A stretch of DNA of 64,000 nucleotides, taken from Bacteroidetes bacterium GWB2_32_14. GTDB lineage: Bacteria > Bacteroidota > Bacteroidia > Bacteroidales > UBA12077. Positions 1-8,844 of the stretch are shown in pieces. The notes under the pieces were generated by a model. It did not search any database and had not been told where the DNA came from. It saw only the letters and a program-made list of their open reading frames with translations. Numbering within the stretch: position 1 is the stretch's first letter; each line of letters begins with the position of its first letter. The stretch spans positions 306,057 to 370,056 of the forward strand of contig MENK01000001.1 of assembly GCA_001768235.1 (NCBI GenBank). Direction: 5' to 3'. The translations under genes were made by a program, and so were the position numbers.

Positions 1-1
1 A

Positions 2-2815
2 AAGTCAATTTATGAATTAAATAAAGATCTCTGTTCAAGCATTAATGATAATAGAATAGTTAATGTTAATGAGTTGGATAAGTACAAGTCAGGTACCTCG
101 AGAAAAAATGTTAAGGTAGGTCCTGATAACCTTGCATATATGATTTATACTTCAGGAACATCAGGACAGCCCAAAGGAGTTATGATTGAACATAAGAATT
201 TATTAAATTATGTATGGTGGGCAAAGGAAGTATATGTAAAGGGAGATCGGGTTAATTTTCCTTTATTTACATCCATAGCTTTTGATTTAACGGTTACATC
301 CATATTTACTCCTCTTATTACAGGGAATGCGCTGGTTATATACAACAATGATGATCAGAATTTATTAATAGAAGAAGTCTTAATGGATGATAAGGTGGGT
401 GTAATAAAACTCACCCCGTCTCATTTAAGGTTAATAAGAAATGATCATAAAATTAAAGCAGATGAGATTAAAAACCTTAAACGCTTCATTGTAGGAGGAG
501 AAGATTTGAGTTCTGAATTGGCCAGGGTAATTTACACAATGTTTAATAACAAAGTTGAAATTTACAATGAATATGGGCCAACTGAAACTACAGTAGGTTG
601 CATGATTTATAAATACGATAATCAAAAGAAGTATAATAAATCAGTGCCAATAGGTAAACCTGCATACAACTCAAAAATATTTTTGTTAGATCAATATTTC
701 AAACCGGTTTCTCAGGGGGTGATAGGTGAAATTTTTATTGGAGGCAGATGTGTAGGCCGGGGATATCATAATAAAGAAAGTTTAACAAAGGATAAATTTG
801 TTTTAATTCCAGAGATTTCTAATAGTAAGTTATACAAAACAGGTGATTTAGGAAGATTTGTTGAAGGGGATGATATTGAATTTTATGGCAGGTTAGACCA
901 TCAGGTTAAAATAAACGGGTACAGGATTGAGTTGAATGAGATTGAACTTTGTATACAGGAATTTAATGGGGTGAGGAATGCTGTAGTATTAAAATCAGAC
1001 ATGAATGAATCATCTGTATTATTTGCATATTATGTAGCTGATGAAAGAGTTGATGAAACTGCTCTGCGTGTATTTTTACGAAAGCATTTACCACACTACA
1101 TGGTTCCTGCTTTATTCTTTAAAATTGATAATATCCCGTTGACACCGAATGGTAAAGTTGATAAAGAAACATTAATGAAAATAGAAGTATCAACGAATAA
1201 AAATGAATTCAGATATGCCGAAAATGATATACAAGAGCTTCTGATAATTATATTTCAAGATGTTTTGGGTGTAACCAATATCGGGCTTGATGATAATTTT
1301 TTTGAACTGGGTGGAGACTCAATAAAAGCGGTTCAAATAACATCAAGGTTATACGACAAGGGTATTTCACTAAATGTAAAAGATATACTTACTCACCAAA
1401 CCATATCTCAAATAGCTGTTTATGCCAAAAAATATGATAAGGTTTACGAACAAGGAATTGTTTCTGGTGAAAAAGCTTTAACTCCAATAGAGAAATGGTT
1501 TTTTGATCAGAAATTTGAAAATCCAAATTATTACAATCAGTCGGTGCTTTTAGAGTTTAAGCAAAGGATTAATAAAGAAATTCTTGAACAGGTTTTTAAT
1601 AAACTCATTGAACATCATGATGGATTAAGATTAAATTATAATCCGGGAAAAAACTGTATGTTCTTTAATAATAGTTATTTAAAGGAGCAGTACAGTATAA
1701 AAGAATTTAAAATTAGTAATCAAAATGATTTGCAGACTATTGGAGGGGAATTAAAATCGTCGTTTGATATAACAAATACCTTATTAATAAAATTGGGAAT
1801 TATTAAAGAAGAAAATAAGAATGACCGATTGTTAATTACTGCACATCATCTGGTTATAGATGGTGTTTCGTGGAGAATAATATTAGAAGATTTGTACAAA
1901 TTATATATTGCAATAGAAAAGGGAAATGATTTTGATTTACCAAAGAAGACAGGAAATCTCTTAGATTGGCAAAATTCGCTGACAGATTATTCTAATTCTG
2001 ACGAACTTAGAAATCAAATTGATTATTGGAGAAATACTGGCGGGAAAGAATTTCTTTTAAGTAAAGAAACAAATTTCCGCGAAATGAAGATAAATAATTT
2101 TGAACGATTAACGTTCAGAATTGATAAAGCAGAAACAGAATATTTATTGGGAGAAGCAAACAAAACATATAATACTAACATTCAAATTTTGTTGCTTGCA
2201 GCATTGGCAAGAGCCGTTAAGGAGAATACAGGTATTGGTAAGTTATTGTTCGAACTGGAGAACCATGGTCGTAATATTGAAAACGTAGATGTTTCAAGAA
2301 CAACCGGTTGGTTTACAGCAATGTATCCGGTTTGTATTGAATTAACTAAAGATGATATTGGTAATATCATTAAAGAAGTAAAAGAAAACATGAAAAAAGT
2401 TCCTGTTAATGGCATTGGATATGGTATCTTAAAATATCTAGCCGGAACTTTTGACACATTAACAATGAAAAACTGCGAAATCAGGTTTAATTATTTAGGC
2501 CACTTTGGCAATGAGATATCAAATGATCTATTCTCTTATTCTGATGAGTATTCCGGGAAAGATATTTCTATTGAAAATCATTTTACAACCAAGATAGAAA
2601 TGAATAGCTTAATAGTAAATGGAGAGCTAAGTATTGAATTTAATTATTGCAATACTATATTTCAAAAGTCAGATATTGTTTTGTTACAGGAAGGATTTAT
2701 TAAACACATCAATAATATAATCTTGCATATTAAAAATAAAAACGATATATATTTTACTCCGTCTGATTTTGAATACACCCTTGATGAGCAGGATTTAAAT
2801 ATATTGTTTGAATAA
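2..2815 (+). CDS. NRPS, 5'-truncated by the window edge: A(partial)-T-E
   Basis: Frame 2 is open from nt 2. The tracked 'M' at 74 is an internal TTG codon, so the gene enters from upstream. A-domain motifs: YTSGTSGQPKG, NEYGPTE, YKTGD, GRLDHQVKINGYRIEL, PNGKVDK. PCP motif: FFELGGDSIKAV. E-domain motifs: TPIEKWFF, HHDGLR, HHLVIDGVSWRI, ELENHGR, TTGWFTAMYP, FNYLG, then TPSDF followed by the acidic tail DEQDLNILFE. Confidence 0.9.
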   Translation, partial: KSIYELNKDLCSSINDNRIVNVNELDKYKSGTSRKNVKVGPDNLAYMIYTSGTSGQPKGVMIEHKNLLNYVWWAKEVYVKGDRVNFPLFTSIAFDLTVTSIFTPLITGNALVIYNNDDQNLLIEEVLMDDKVGVIKLTPSHLRLIRNDHKIKADEIKNLKRFIVGGEDLSSELARVIYTMFNNKVEIYNEYGPTETTVGCMIYKYDNQKKYNKSVPIGKPAYNSKIFLLDQYFKPVSQGVIGEIFIGGRCVGRGYHNKESLTKDKFVLIPEISNSKLYKTGDLGRFVEGDDIEFYGRLDHQVKINGYRIELNEIELCIQEFNGVRNAVVLKSDMNESSVLFAYYVADERVDETALRVFLRKHLPHYMVPALFFKIDNIPLTPNGKVDKETLMKIEVSTNKNEFRYAENDIQELLIIIFQDVLGVTNIGLDDNFFELGGDSIKAVQITSRLYDKGISLNVKDILTHQTISQIAVYAKKYDKVYEQGIVSGEKALTPIEKWFFDQKFENPNYYNQSVLLEFKQRINKEILEQVFNKLIEHHDGLRLNYNPGKNCMFFNNSYLKEQYSIKEFKISNQNDLQTIGGELKSSFDITNTLLIKLGIIKEENKNDRLLITAHHLVIDGVSWRIILEDLYKLYIAIEKGNDFDLPKKTGNLLDWQNSLTDYSNSDELRNQIDYWRNTGGKEFLLSKETNFREMKINNFERLTFRIDKAETEYLLGEANKTYNTNIQILLLAALARAVKENTGIGKLLFELENHGRNIENVDVSRTTGWFTAMYPVCIELTKDDIGNIIKEVKENMKKVPVNGIGYGILKYLAGTFDTLTMKNCEIRFNYLGHFGNEISNDLFSYSDEYSGKDISIENHFTTKIEMNSLIVNGELSIEFNYCNTIFQKSDIVLLQEGFIKHINNIILHIKNKNDIYFTPSDFEYTLDEQDLNILFE

Positions 2816-2901
2816 TATTAGCCAATGCTGGTAAAATAATCAATGACTTGTTTTAAGAAAACTTCCTTATTATAGATTTTTACTACGCTGAAAAGAATTA
2901 T

Positions 2902-4701
2902 ATGACAGAGATTAACGGTAGAATGAATTTTTTAGGTGAAAAGTATTGCTGGAGCTTACTATCGGGTTTTAATATTACAGAGAAAGAACTTGATAGTTTA
3001 AAGAGATATTTACAAACAGTTTATGAAAATTCATTATATTATAATAATGTATTCTTTGATGAAAAAATACATTTGACAAAAACATATATACCAGTACAAT
3101 TAAAAAACCTTTCATTAAAAGATGATAATTATATATCAAGTAAAGACTTTATTGAACAAGTATTTAACAAAAAAACATTTGTATTTGGGAAAATGGGTTG
3201 TGGTAAGAGTACTCTGATGCATTATCTTATTTTATTAAAATTGGAAGAAATTAAACAGATACCAATATTCATAAAATTCAGATATAATGAAGAAATTAAT
3301 AGCATTAAAGAGTATCTGAAGTTTGTATTAGAAAATGATGGATTCTCTGATTTAGTTGAAATATTTACACAACTTTATACACAACAAAAGCTTTATTTTA
3401 TTTTTGATAGCATAGATACTTGTCACTCCGGGGTACTGACAAGCATTATTAATGAAATTAATACAATTCAATCTCCGTTCATTTTAACATCAACCTTAAA
3501 TAATACAGATCAAACATTTCAAAATCTAATATTAGATTTTGAAATGTTTGAAATACAAGATATTAAGATTGATGATGCAATTCAGTTAATAAAAAATTAC
3601 GATAAAGTATTTAATTCAAATTGCTTAGATTGGCTAAAAAATGTAATAAGAGATTATACCGAAATTGTAAGTCCGTTATTTAATAACCCTTTTATGGTAA
3701 GTTGTATTTATAGATTATCCATATTGGGCAATAAACTGAAAGATACTGAGCTTGATTTAATGAAGAATGATCCCCGGTTGCACCCTCTGCAAAATATGAA
3801 TATTAACCTTGGCAAATTAAGAAACAGGGTATTTCAGGTGCCAATAAAAATTCAGGATAATCATAAAATAATATCAAATTATAAAGATTTTGCGTTTACT
3901 AAAAAACTCATGAAATCGTCCGGCAGGGATTTAATAATCGAACCTTTTTCGGGAGGTTTGGGTGATCATTTGTTATATAGCCATCTTCCACGAATTGCAA
4001 AAGAATCGGGAAAATACGACAGGGTATTAATATCCCAGAATTCTCCTTGTAGAAGCGAAGAAGCAAAATATTTAATATGGGAATTAAACCCTTATGTTGA
4101 TGGATATTGTTTTGAAGAAAGTAACAGTTTTTATATAGAAGATATTGAAAATTCAAAACGAAATCCAATTAGCCAGGGTAAAAAAGCCGCTGTGATGTTT
4201 GAAGCTATTAATAATAGTGTAGAAGATTGTAATGTGCTTGATAACCTAATGTTAAAATTGGGTATTGACGATAATATAAGAAAACATGAGCCCGAAATTT
4301 ATTATAAGCCAAAACAGATTGAATTTTTGCAGGGGTGTAATGTTTATGATCCGTACTATGTTTCAAATCCCAGGATTGAATTACACAACCAATGGTTAGT
4401 TGAAGAATTCTTCAAGACAAATAGTATTAAACTGAATTATCAGATGAAATTTAATAATGATAATGGTTACAATTTCCAGAAAATAATGGTCAGAAATTTT
4501 TCGAATTATTTAACTACATTAAGTTTAAGAGATTTCTGTGATGTTTTATTTTCTGCATTACACTTATATTGTTTAACTACAGGCACTGCATCACTTTCAG
4601 CAGCATTGAATAAAAAGGCAATTGTTTTAATTGGAAAAGAAAAGCTAGTTTGGCATCATTCCACAATAAATCAATATGTTCATATAGTAGAACCGAAATA
4701 A
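2902..4701 (+). CDS. NACHT/STAND-like P-loop NTPase fused to a C-terminal GT9 (heptosyltransferase)-like domain
   Basis: ATG at 2902. Walker A GKMGCGKS (3187..3210), then IPIFIKFRY, Walker-B-like LYFIFDSID, then FILTST, in the order and spacing of NACHT NTPases. The C-terminal ~270 aa carries GGLGDHLL..LPRIAK..NPYVDG and TTGTASLSAALNKKAIVLIG, which resemble the two signature regions of GT9 glycosyltransferases. This resemblance is by eye only. Confidence 0.45.
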   Translation: MTEINGRMNFLGEKYCWSLLSGFNITEKELDSLKRYLQTVYENSLYYNNVFFDEKIHLTKTYIPVQLKNLSLKDDNYISSKDFIEQVFNKKTFVFGKMGCGKSTLMHYLILLKLEEIKQIPIFIKFRYNEEINSIKEYLKFVLENDGFSDLVEIFTQLYTQQKLYFIFDSIDTCHSGVLTSIINEINTIQSPFILTSTLNNTDQTFQNLILDFEMFEIQDIKIDDAIQLIKNYDKVFNSNCLDWLKNVIRDYTEIVSPLFNNPFMVSCIYRLSILGNKLKDTELDLMKNDPRLHPLQNMNINLGKLRNRVFQVPIKIQDNHKIISNYKDFAFTKKLMKSSGRDLIIEPFSGGLGDHLLYSHLPRIAKESGKYDRVLISQNSPCRSEEAKYLIWELNPYVDGYCFEESNSFYIEDIENSKRNPISQGKKAAVMFEAINNSVEDCNVLDNLMLKLGIDDNIRKHEPEIYYKPKQIEFLQGCNVYDPYYVSNPRIELHNQWLVEEFFKTNSIKLNYQMKFNNDNGYNFQKIMVRNFSNYLTTLSLRDFCDVLFSALHLYCLTTGTASLSAALNKKAIVLIGKEKLVWHHSTINQYVHIVEPK

Positions 4702-4799
4702 CGAGTTTTCTCATTTTTACAATAATCTTTCAACATATAAATAAAATATTATAATAATGGTGTTTTGTAACGAAAAAACTAATCCTAAAATTTAAACAT

Positions 4800-6146
4800 A
4801 TGAAAACAATTTATTTTTTAAATGTGTTGTTGTACTTTTTTATGAATCCGATTTTTGCAAATAATGATACAATGCTTATATGTGGTAAAGCGTATGATTC
4901 TGAAATGAAAGTAAATGTCTATTTTGATAATAAATCTTACAGTAGTGAAGTAGATAATCAGGAATTTAGTATGAAAGTTCCAACTAATAAGGGATATGGT
5001 TATATTAGATATAAAGAAACATATAAAGTTTATTTTTCAGGAAAATCTGGTTACAATTTTCAATTTAATGAAACAAACGGAAAGGAAGAGCTTGTAATTA
5101 AGAGTGAACAGGATGAAATTAATAAATACTTAATGGATAAAAATAAGCGATTAAAAGAAAATGAATTGGAAATAAGATATTTTAATTTGCCAATATATAA
5201 ATTAAATTATATTGAATTTACCCATTTTGTTGATTCTGTTTTTTCTTTCCAGAATTCAATCCTTACTAATGAAAAATTTCAAGATGATTATTTTAATTAT
5301 ATTGAAAACCTTGAGCTCGCAAGTATGAAAGCTAGCTTTATATTAAAATACCTTTTGATAAATGAGGTTAATAATTTACCTGATAACGAAGTTTTTAAAA
5401 AAATTACTTTAAATGATACTATTGGTTATTATGGATCCGATGAATATATACAATTTGTAAATCTTTATATTGATAAGGTATCACAAGATTCAATTAAAAA
5501 CAATGGTTTGTTGCTTAGCGATTATGTTTTTGTAAAGTATAAAATGATTAATCAATTAATTAGCGATAATACCATAAAATATGATATGCTTTCAGGGCTT
5601 TTAAAAAAAGCAATTTGTGATTTTGGAATTACAAAAGAGGTAACATTGATTTATAATGATTATTTAAATAATAGGGCTCCTGTTTATAAAAATGATGATA
5701 TTGAAAATTTATATATAAGAATGAACGCTCTTTCCAAAGGAGAAATGCCATCTTTGGTGGCTTATGATGTTGATACCAATGAAGTATTTCTTGAAAATCT
5801 GACAGGAGAAAATATTTTCTTATTAATTTATTCATTTCGTTGTAAGGAATGTTTAGATGAAATACAATTTATAAAAAAGAACGAGTCGTTATTTACAGAT
5901 AAAAATGTTACTTTAGTAACTATAGCTATAGATGGAACCTATGATGAATGGATATCTTTTTTGAAACGGGAAAATTTAGAAAAAGGAATACATTTACACG
6001 CATTTCAAAACAGAAGGGAGATTTTAGAAAAATTGTTAGTTATGAAGTTGCCCGTAGGTATAGTTATTGATTCTAATTTTAAAATAAAGCAGATACGTGT
6101 GCAAAAACTTACAGATATAAATTTAAATGAAATACTTACTTTTTAA
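4800..6146 (+). CDS. Secreted TlpA/AhpC-TSA-like thioredoxin-fold protein with a long N-terminal domain of unknown function
   Basis: Hydrophobic signal-like N-terminus MKTIYFLNVLLYFFMNPIFA. The C-terminal ~120 aa has CKEC (5841..5852), then VTLVTIAIDG and LPVGIVIDSNFKI, the usual TlpA/ResA layout. Confidence 0.6.
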   Translation: MKTIYFLNVLLYFFMNPIFANNDTMLICGKAYDSEMKVNVYFDNKSYSSEVDNQEFSMKVPTNKGYGYIRYKETYKVYFSGKSGYNFQFNETNGKEELVIKSEQDEINKYLMDKNKRLKENELEIRYFNLPIYKLNYIEFTHFVDSVFSFQNSILTNEKFQDDYFNYIENLELASMKASFILKYLLINEVNNLPDNEVFKKITLNDTIGYYGSDEYIQFVNLYIDKVSQDSIKNNGLLLSDYVFVKYKMINQLISDNTIKYDMLSGLLKKAICDFGITKEVTLIYNDYLNNRAPVYKNDDIENLYIRMNALSKGEMPSLVAYDVDTNEVFLENLTGENIFLLIYSFRCKECLDEIQFIKKNESLFTDKNVTLVTIAIDGTYDEWISFLKRENLEKGIHLHAFQNRREILEKLLVMKLPVGIVIDSNFKIKQIRVQKLTDINLNEILTF

Positions 6147-6158
6147 TTAATCATCCTG

Positions 6159-8552
6159 ATGAAACAAAATTATATTCCATTGTTTTTTAGAAAAATCTTT
6201 AAGAATAAAATTTCAAGCATAATAAATATACTGGGTATTTCATTGTGTGTTGTATCTGTTACATTAATATTAAATTATGTAGGTTACGAGTATAGTTATG
6301 ATTCATTTCATGAGAAAAGCGATCGGATTTATCGGATAAATCTTACTCAATATAAAAATGGAGAGCTTTTGCTTGAATCAGCAAGAACTGATAGAGACTT
6401 AGGAGAAGTTCTTACAGAAAGCTTTCCCGAAATATTGGGTTTTTCAAGATTGGTTAGAAATAGATATAACCTGATAACTATTGATAAAAACACGTTTGTT
6501 GATGATGCAATATTCTACGCAGATAGTTCCTTTTTTAATATTTTTGATTGTGATGTAATTTATGGTACAAAAAACAACCTCTTAAAAGCACCCAATGAGG
6601 CTGTTTTAAAGAAAAGTATAAGCGAAAAATATTTTGGGAATACTAATCCCGTTGGAAAAGAAATTAGAAATGGCATACAATCATATATCATTGTTGGTGT
6701 TATCGAAGATTTTCCTCCTAATTCCCATTTACAGTGTGATATTTTGCTTTCCTTTCATAATACATTGATGATTCCTCCATTAAGAATGCAATGGAATTTT
6801 TGTGATTATTATACCTATGTTTTATTGGACTCAAAAACATCCATCGAAAAAATAATTAACCAATCACCCGATGTTATTCAAATGTATAATGGAAATTTTC
6901 TGGCTCAGAATAATATAAAATCTGTTTATTCTTTTATTCCTATCGAAGATATTCATTTCTCTCAAATTGAAGACGAACTTGTTATAGGTAACAATATGAT
7001 GAATATTCGGATTTTAATAGCTATAGCAATATTTGTTATTATTATAACTGTAGTGAATTATAATAATTTATTTGTATCTGTATTTTTGTATAACTTAAAG
7101 ACCGTATCTCTTAAAAAAGTTTTTGGTATAAGTAGAATGCAATTGTTATCTGAAATGTTTATCGAATGTTTTTTTATGGTATTTATCGGTTTTATAATTG
7201 GGATGATTTCTTTTTATCTTATCTCGGATAAATTAAATAATTATTTGCTTAACATTAATTATACTATTGATATGCTTAATAGCTATGTATATTGGTGCGT
7301 TAGCATTTCAGGTATAGTATTATTGTCAATTTTATTGAGTATATATCCATTTTGGTTATCTAATAAAATAAGTCCTATTTCAATATTTAGAGGGAAGGTG
7401 CTAAAAAATTTAGGTATGAAGCAAATGGCGAAAGCATTTTTGACGATACAATTTTTAACTACATTTTTTTTCTTGGCTGGAACTTTTGTTGTTATTAAAC
7501 AGGTTAAATACTTTAAAAACTTTGATTCGGGACTAAAGTTAGATAACACAATCGTTGTAAAAATTCCTTCTAATTCCCAAATGTTATACGAAAAGATGAA
7601 AGTATTTAAATCAGAATTGGAAAAAGAATCCGCGATTGCTGATATTACTTTGGCCAGTGCTATCCCTGGCTCACAAATGGGGCATATTGATGTTTATAAA
7701 AAGAATGATTTTAAAAAAGAAAAAAAAACAGTAGGGTTAGTTTTTGTTGATGATAAATATTTTAACTACTATGATATAAAGTTATTAAAAGGGAATAACA
7801 ACGATTTCATTGAAAATGAATATGAGCAGAATATTATCGTGATGAATGAGAGTGCGTATAAACTCTTAAATTATTCTGATAATGAAATTATGCAAGATTC
7901 TAAGATAATTTGGGACGATCAGGAACTGAATGTTGTAGGAGTTGTTAAAGATTTTAAAATTACATCTTTAAAATATGGACAAGAACCCGTTATTTTTAAA
8001 TTGTCTAAAAAACATGGATTTGATTATTGTTCAATAAGATATTTCCCCAATAGATTCGATGAGACAATAAAAACAGTTAAAACTGATTTTGAAAATTATT
8101 TGCAACTCCCATTTGAATTTGTTCTGTTGAAAGATATGTTAAATAATCAATATGCGTCTGAAATTCGTTTTGGACGATTCTTTGGCTTATTTACGATTGT
8201 ACTGGTGGCATTATCATTAATTGGAATTTGGGTCCTGTCATACTTTAATCTGCTTAAAAAGCAAAAAGATATGGCTATTAGAAAAGTCTTGGGTGCAAGT
8301 CCGTTTGTCATTCTTAAAGCTACCTATAATGATTTGTTTATTACCATACTTATAGCTTTTATTTTAGCTACACCAATAAGCTATATAATCTTGAACAAAT
8401 GGATAGAAAATTTTTCATATAATATTACTATTGGAATTTGGTTTTTTATTATACCGTTAGGTATTATAGTAACCATTTCTTTTCTTATGATTATTTTTCA
8501 TGTAATAAAACTTATAAAAACTTCACCTGCCCATATACTTAGATATGAGTAA
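6159..8552 (+). CDS. FtsX/MacB-type ABC transporter permease (double FtsX domain, ~800 aa)
   Basis: The N-terminus FFRKIFKNKISSIINILGISLCV..SYDSFHEKSDRIYRI is typical of this family. Two multi-helix hydrophobic blocks (about aa 280-450 and 670-797) are separated by a soluble domain. No ATPase gene is adjacent. Confidence 0.85.
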   Translation: MKQNYIPLFFRKIFKNKISSIINILGISLCVVSVTLILNYVGYEYSYDSFHEKSDRIYRINLTQYKNGELLLESARTDRDLGEVLTESFPEILGFSRLVRNRYNLITIDKNTFVDDAIFYADSSFFNIFDCDVIYGTKNNLLKAPNEAVLKKSISEKYFGNTNPVGKEIRNGIQSYIIVGVIEDFPPNSHLQCDILLSFHNTLMIPPLRMQWNFCDYYTYVLLDSKTSIEKIINQSPDVIQMYNGNFLAQNNIKSVYSFIPIEDIHFSQIEDELVIGNNMMNIRILIAIAIFVIIITVVNYNNLFVSVFLYNLKTVSLKKVFGISRMQLLSEMFIECFFMVFIGFIIGMISFYLISDKLNNYLLNINYTIDMLNSYVYWCVSISGIVLLSILLSIYPFWLSNKISPISIFRGKVLKNLGMKQMAKAFLTIQFLTTFFFLAGTFVVIKQVKYFKNFDSGLKLDNTIVVKIPSNSQMLYEKMKVFKSELEKESAIADITLASAIPGSQMGHIDVYKKNDFKKEKKTVGLVFVDDKYFNYYDIKLLKGNNNDFIENEYEQNIIVMNESAYKLLNYSDNEIMQDSKIIWDDQELNVVGVVKDFKITSLKYGQEPVIFKLSKKHGFDYCSIRYFPNRFDETIKTVKTDFENYLQLPFEFVLLKDMLNNQYASEIRFGRFFGLFTIVLVALSLIGIWVLSYFNLLKKQKDMAIRKVLGASPFVILKATYNDLFITILIAFILATPISYIILNKWIENFSYNITIGIWFFIIPLGIIVTISFLMIIFHVIKLIKTSPAHILRYE

Positions 8553-8771
8553 GACTGTTAATTTAATCACTATAACGTTTTTTAATGAATTGTAGTGGTT
8601 ATTTGCTACTTAGCTCCTTAATTCTTTAATGATTTTTTCAGTATTTTTTTAATTAAATAGCAATTTCAAAAATATTAGATTAATAAAAACCATAATCCGG
8701 GTAGTTTAAAACGAATGATATTTTTATATCTCAATTTAGTATTGTTTACTTCAGTTTGCAAATAATTAATT

Positions 8772-8818
8772 GACAGGTTCTTAATATCTGGTTTAAAGAA
8801 ATAAAATCTAAACCTGTC
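8772..8818 (+). promoter_or_regulatory. Inverted repeat GACAGGTT-N31-AACCTGTC, 26 nt upstream of the 9.4-kb NRPS start codon
   Basis: Perfect 8-bp arms at 8772..8779 and 8811..8818, inside the 292-bp intergenic region 8553..8844. Could be an operator or a 5'-UTR hairpin. I could not place a promoter consensus confidently. Confidence 0.25.
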
Positions 8819-8844
8819 TGGAATAATTCAATTCGATCATATTT

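Noticed and set aside
8553-8844. Bacteroidota-type promoter (-33 TTTG / -7 TAnnTTTG) in this and the other intergenic regions (62047..62315, 33960..34086).
   Set aside because: TTTG strings are frequent in this AT-rich DNA. I found no TAnnTTTG match at a convincing spacing, so no promoter is reported.
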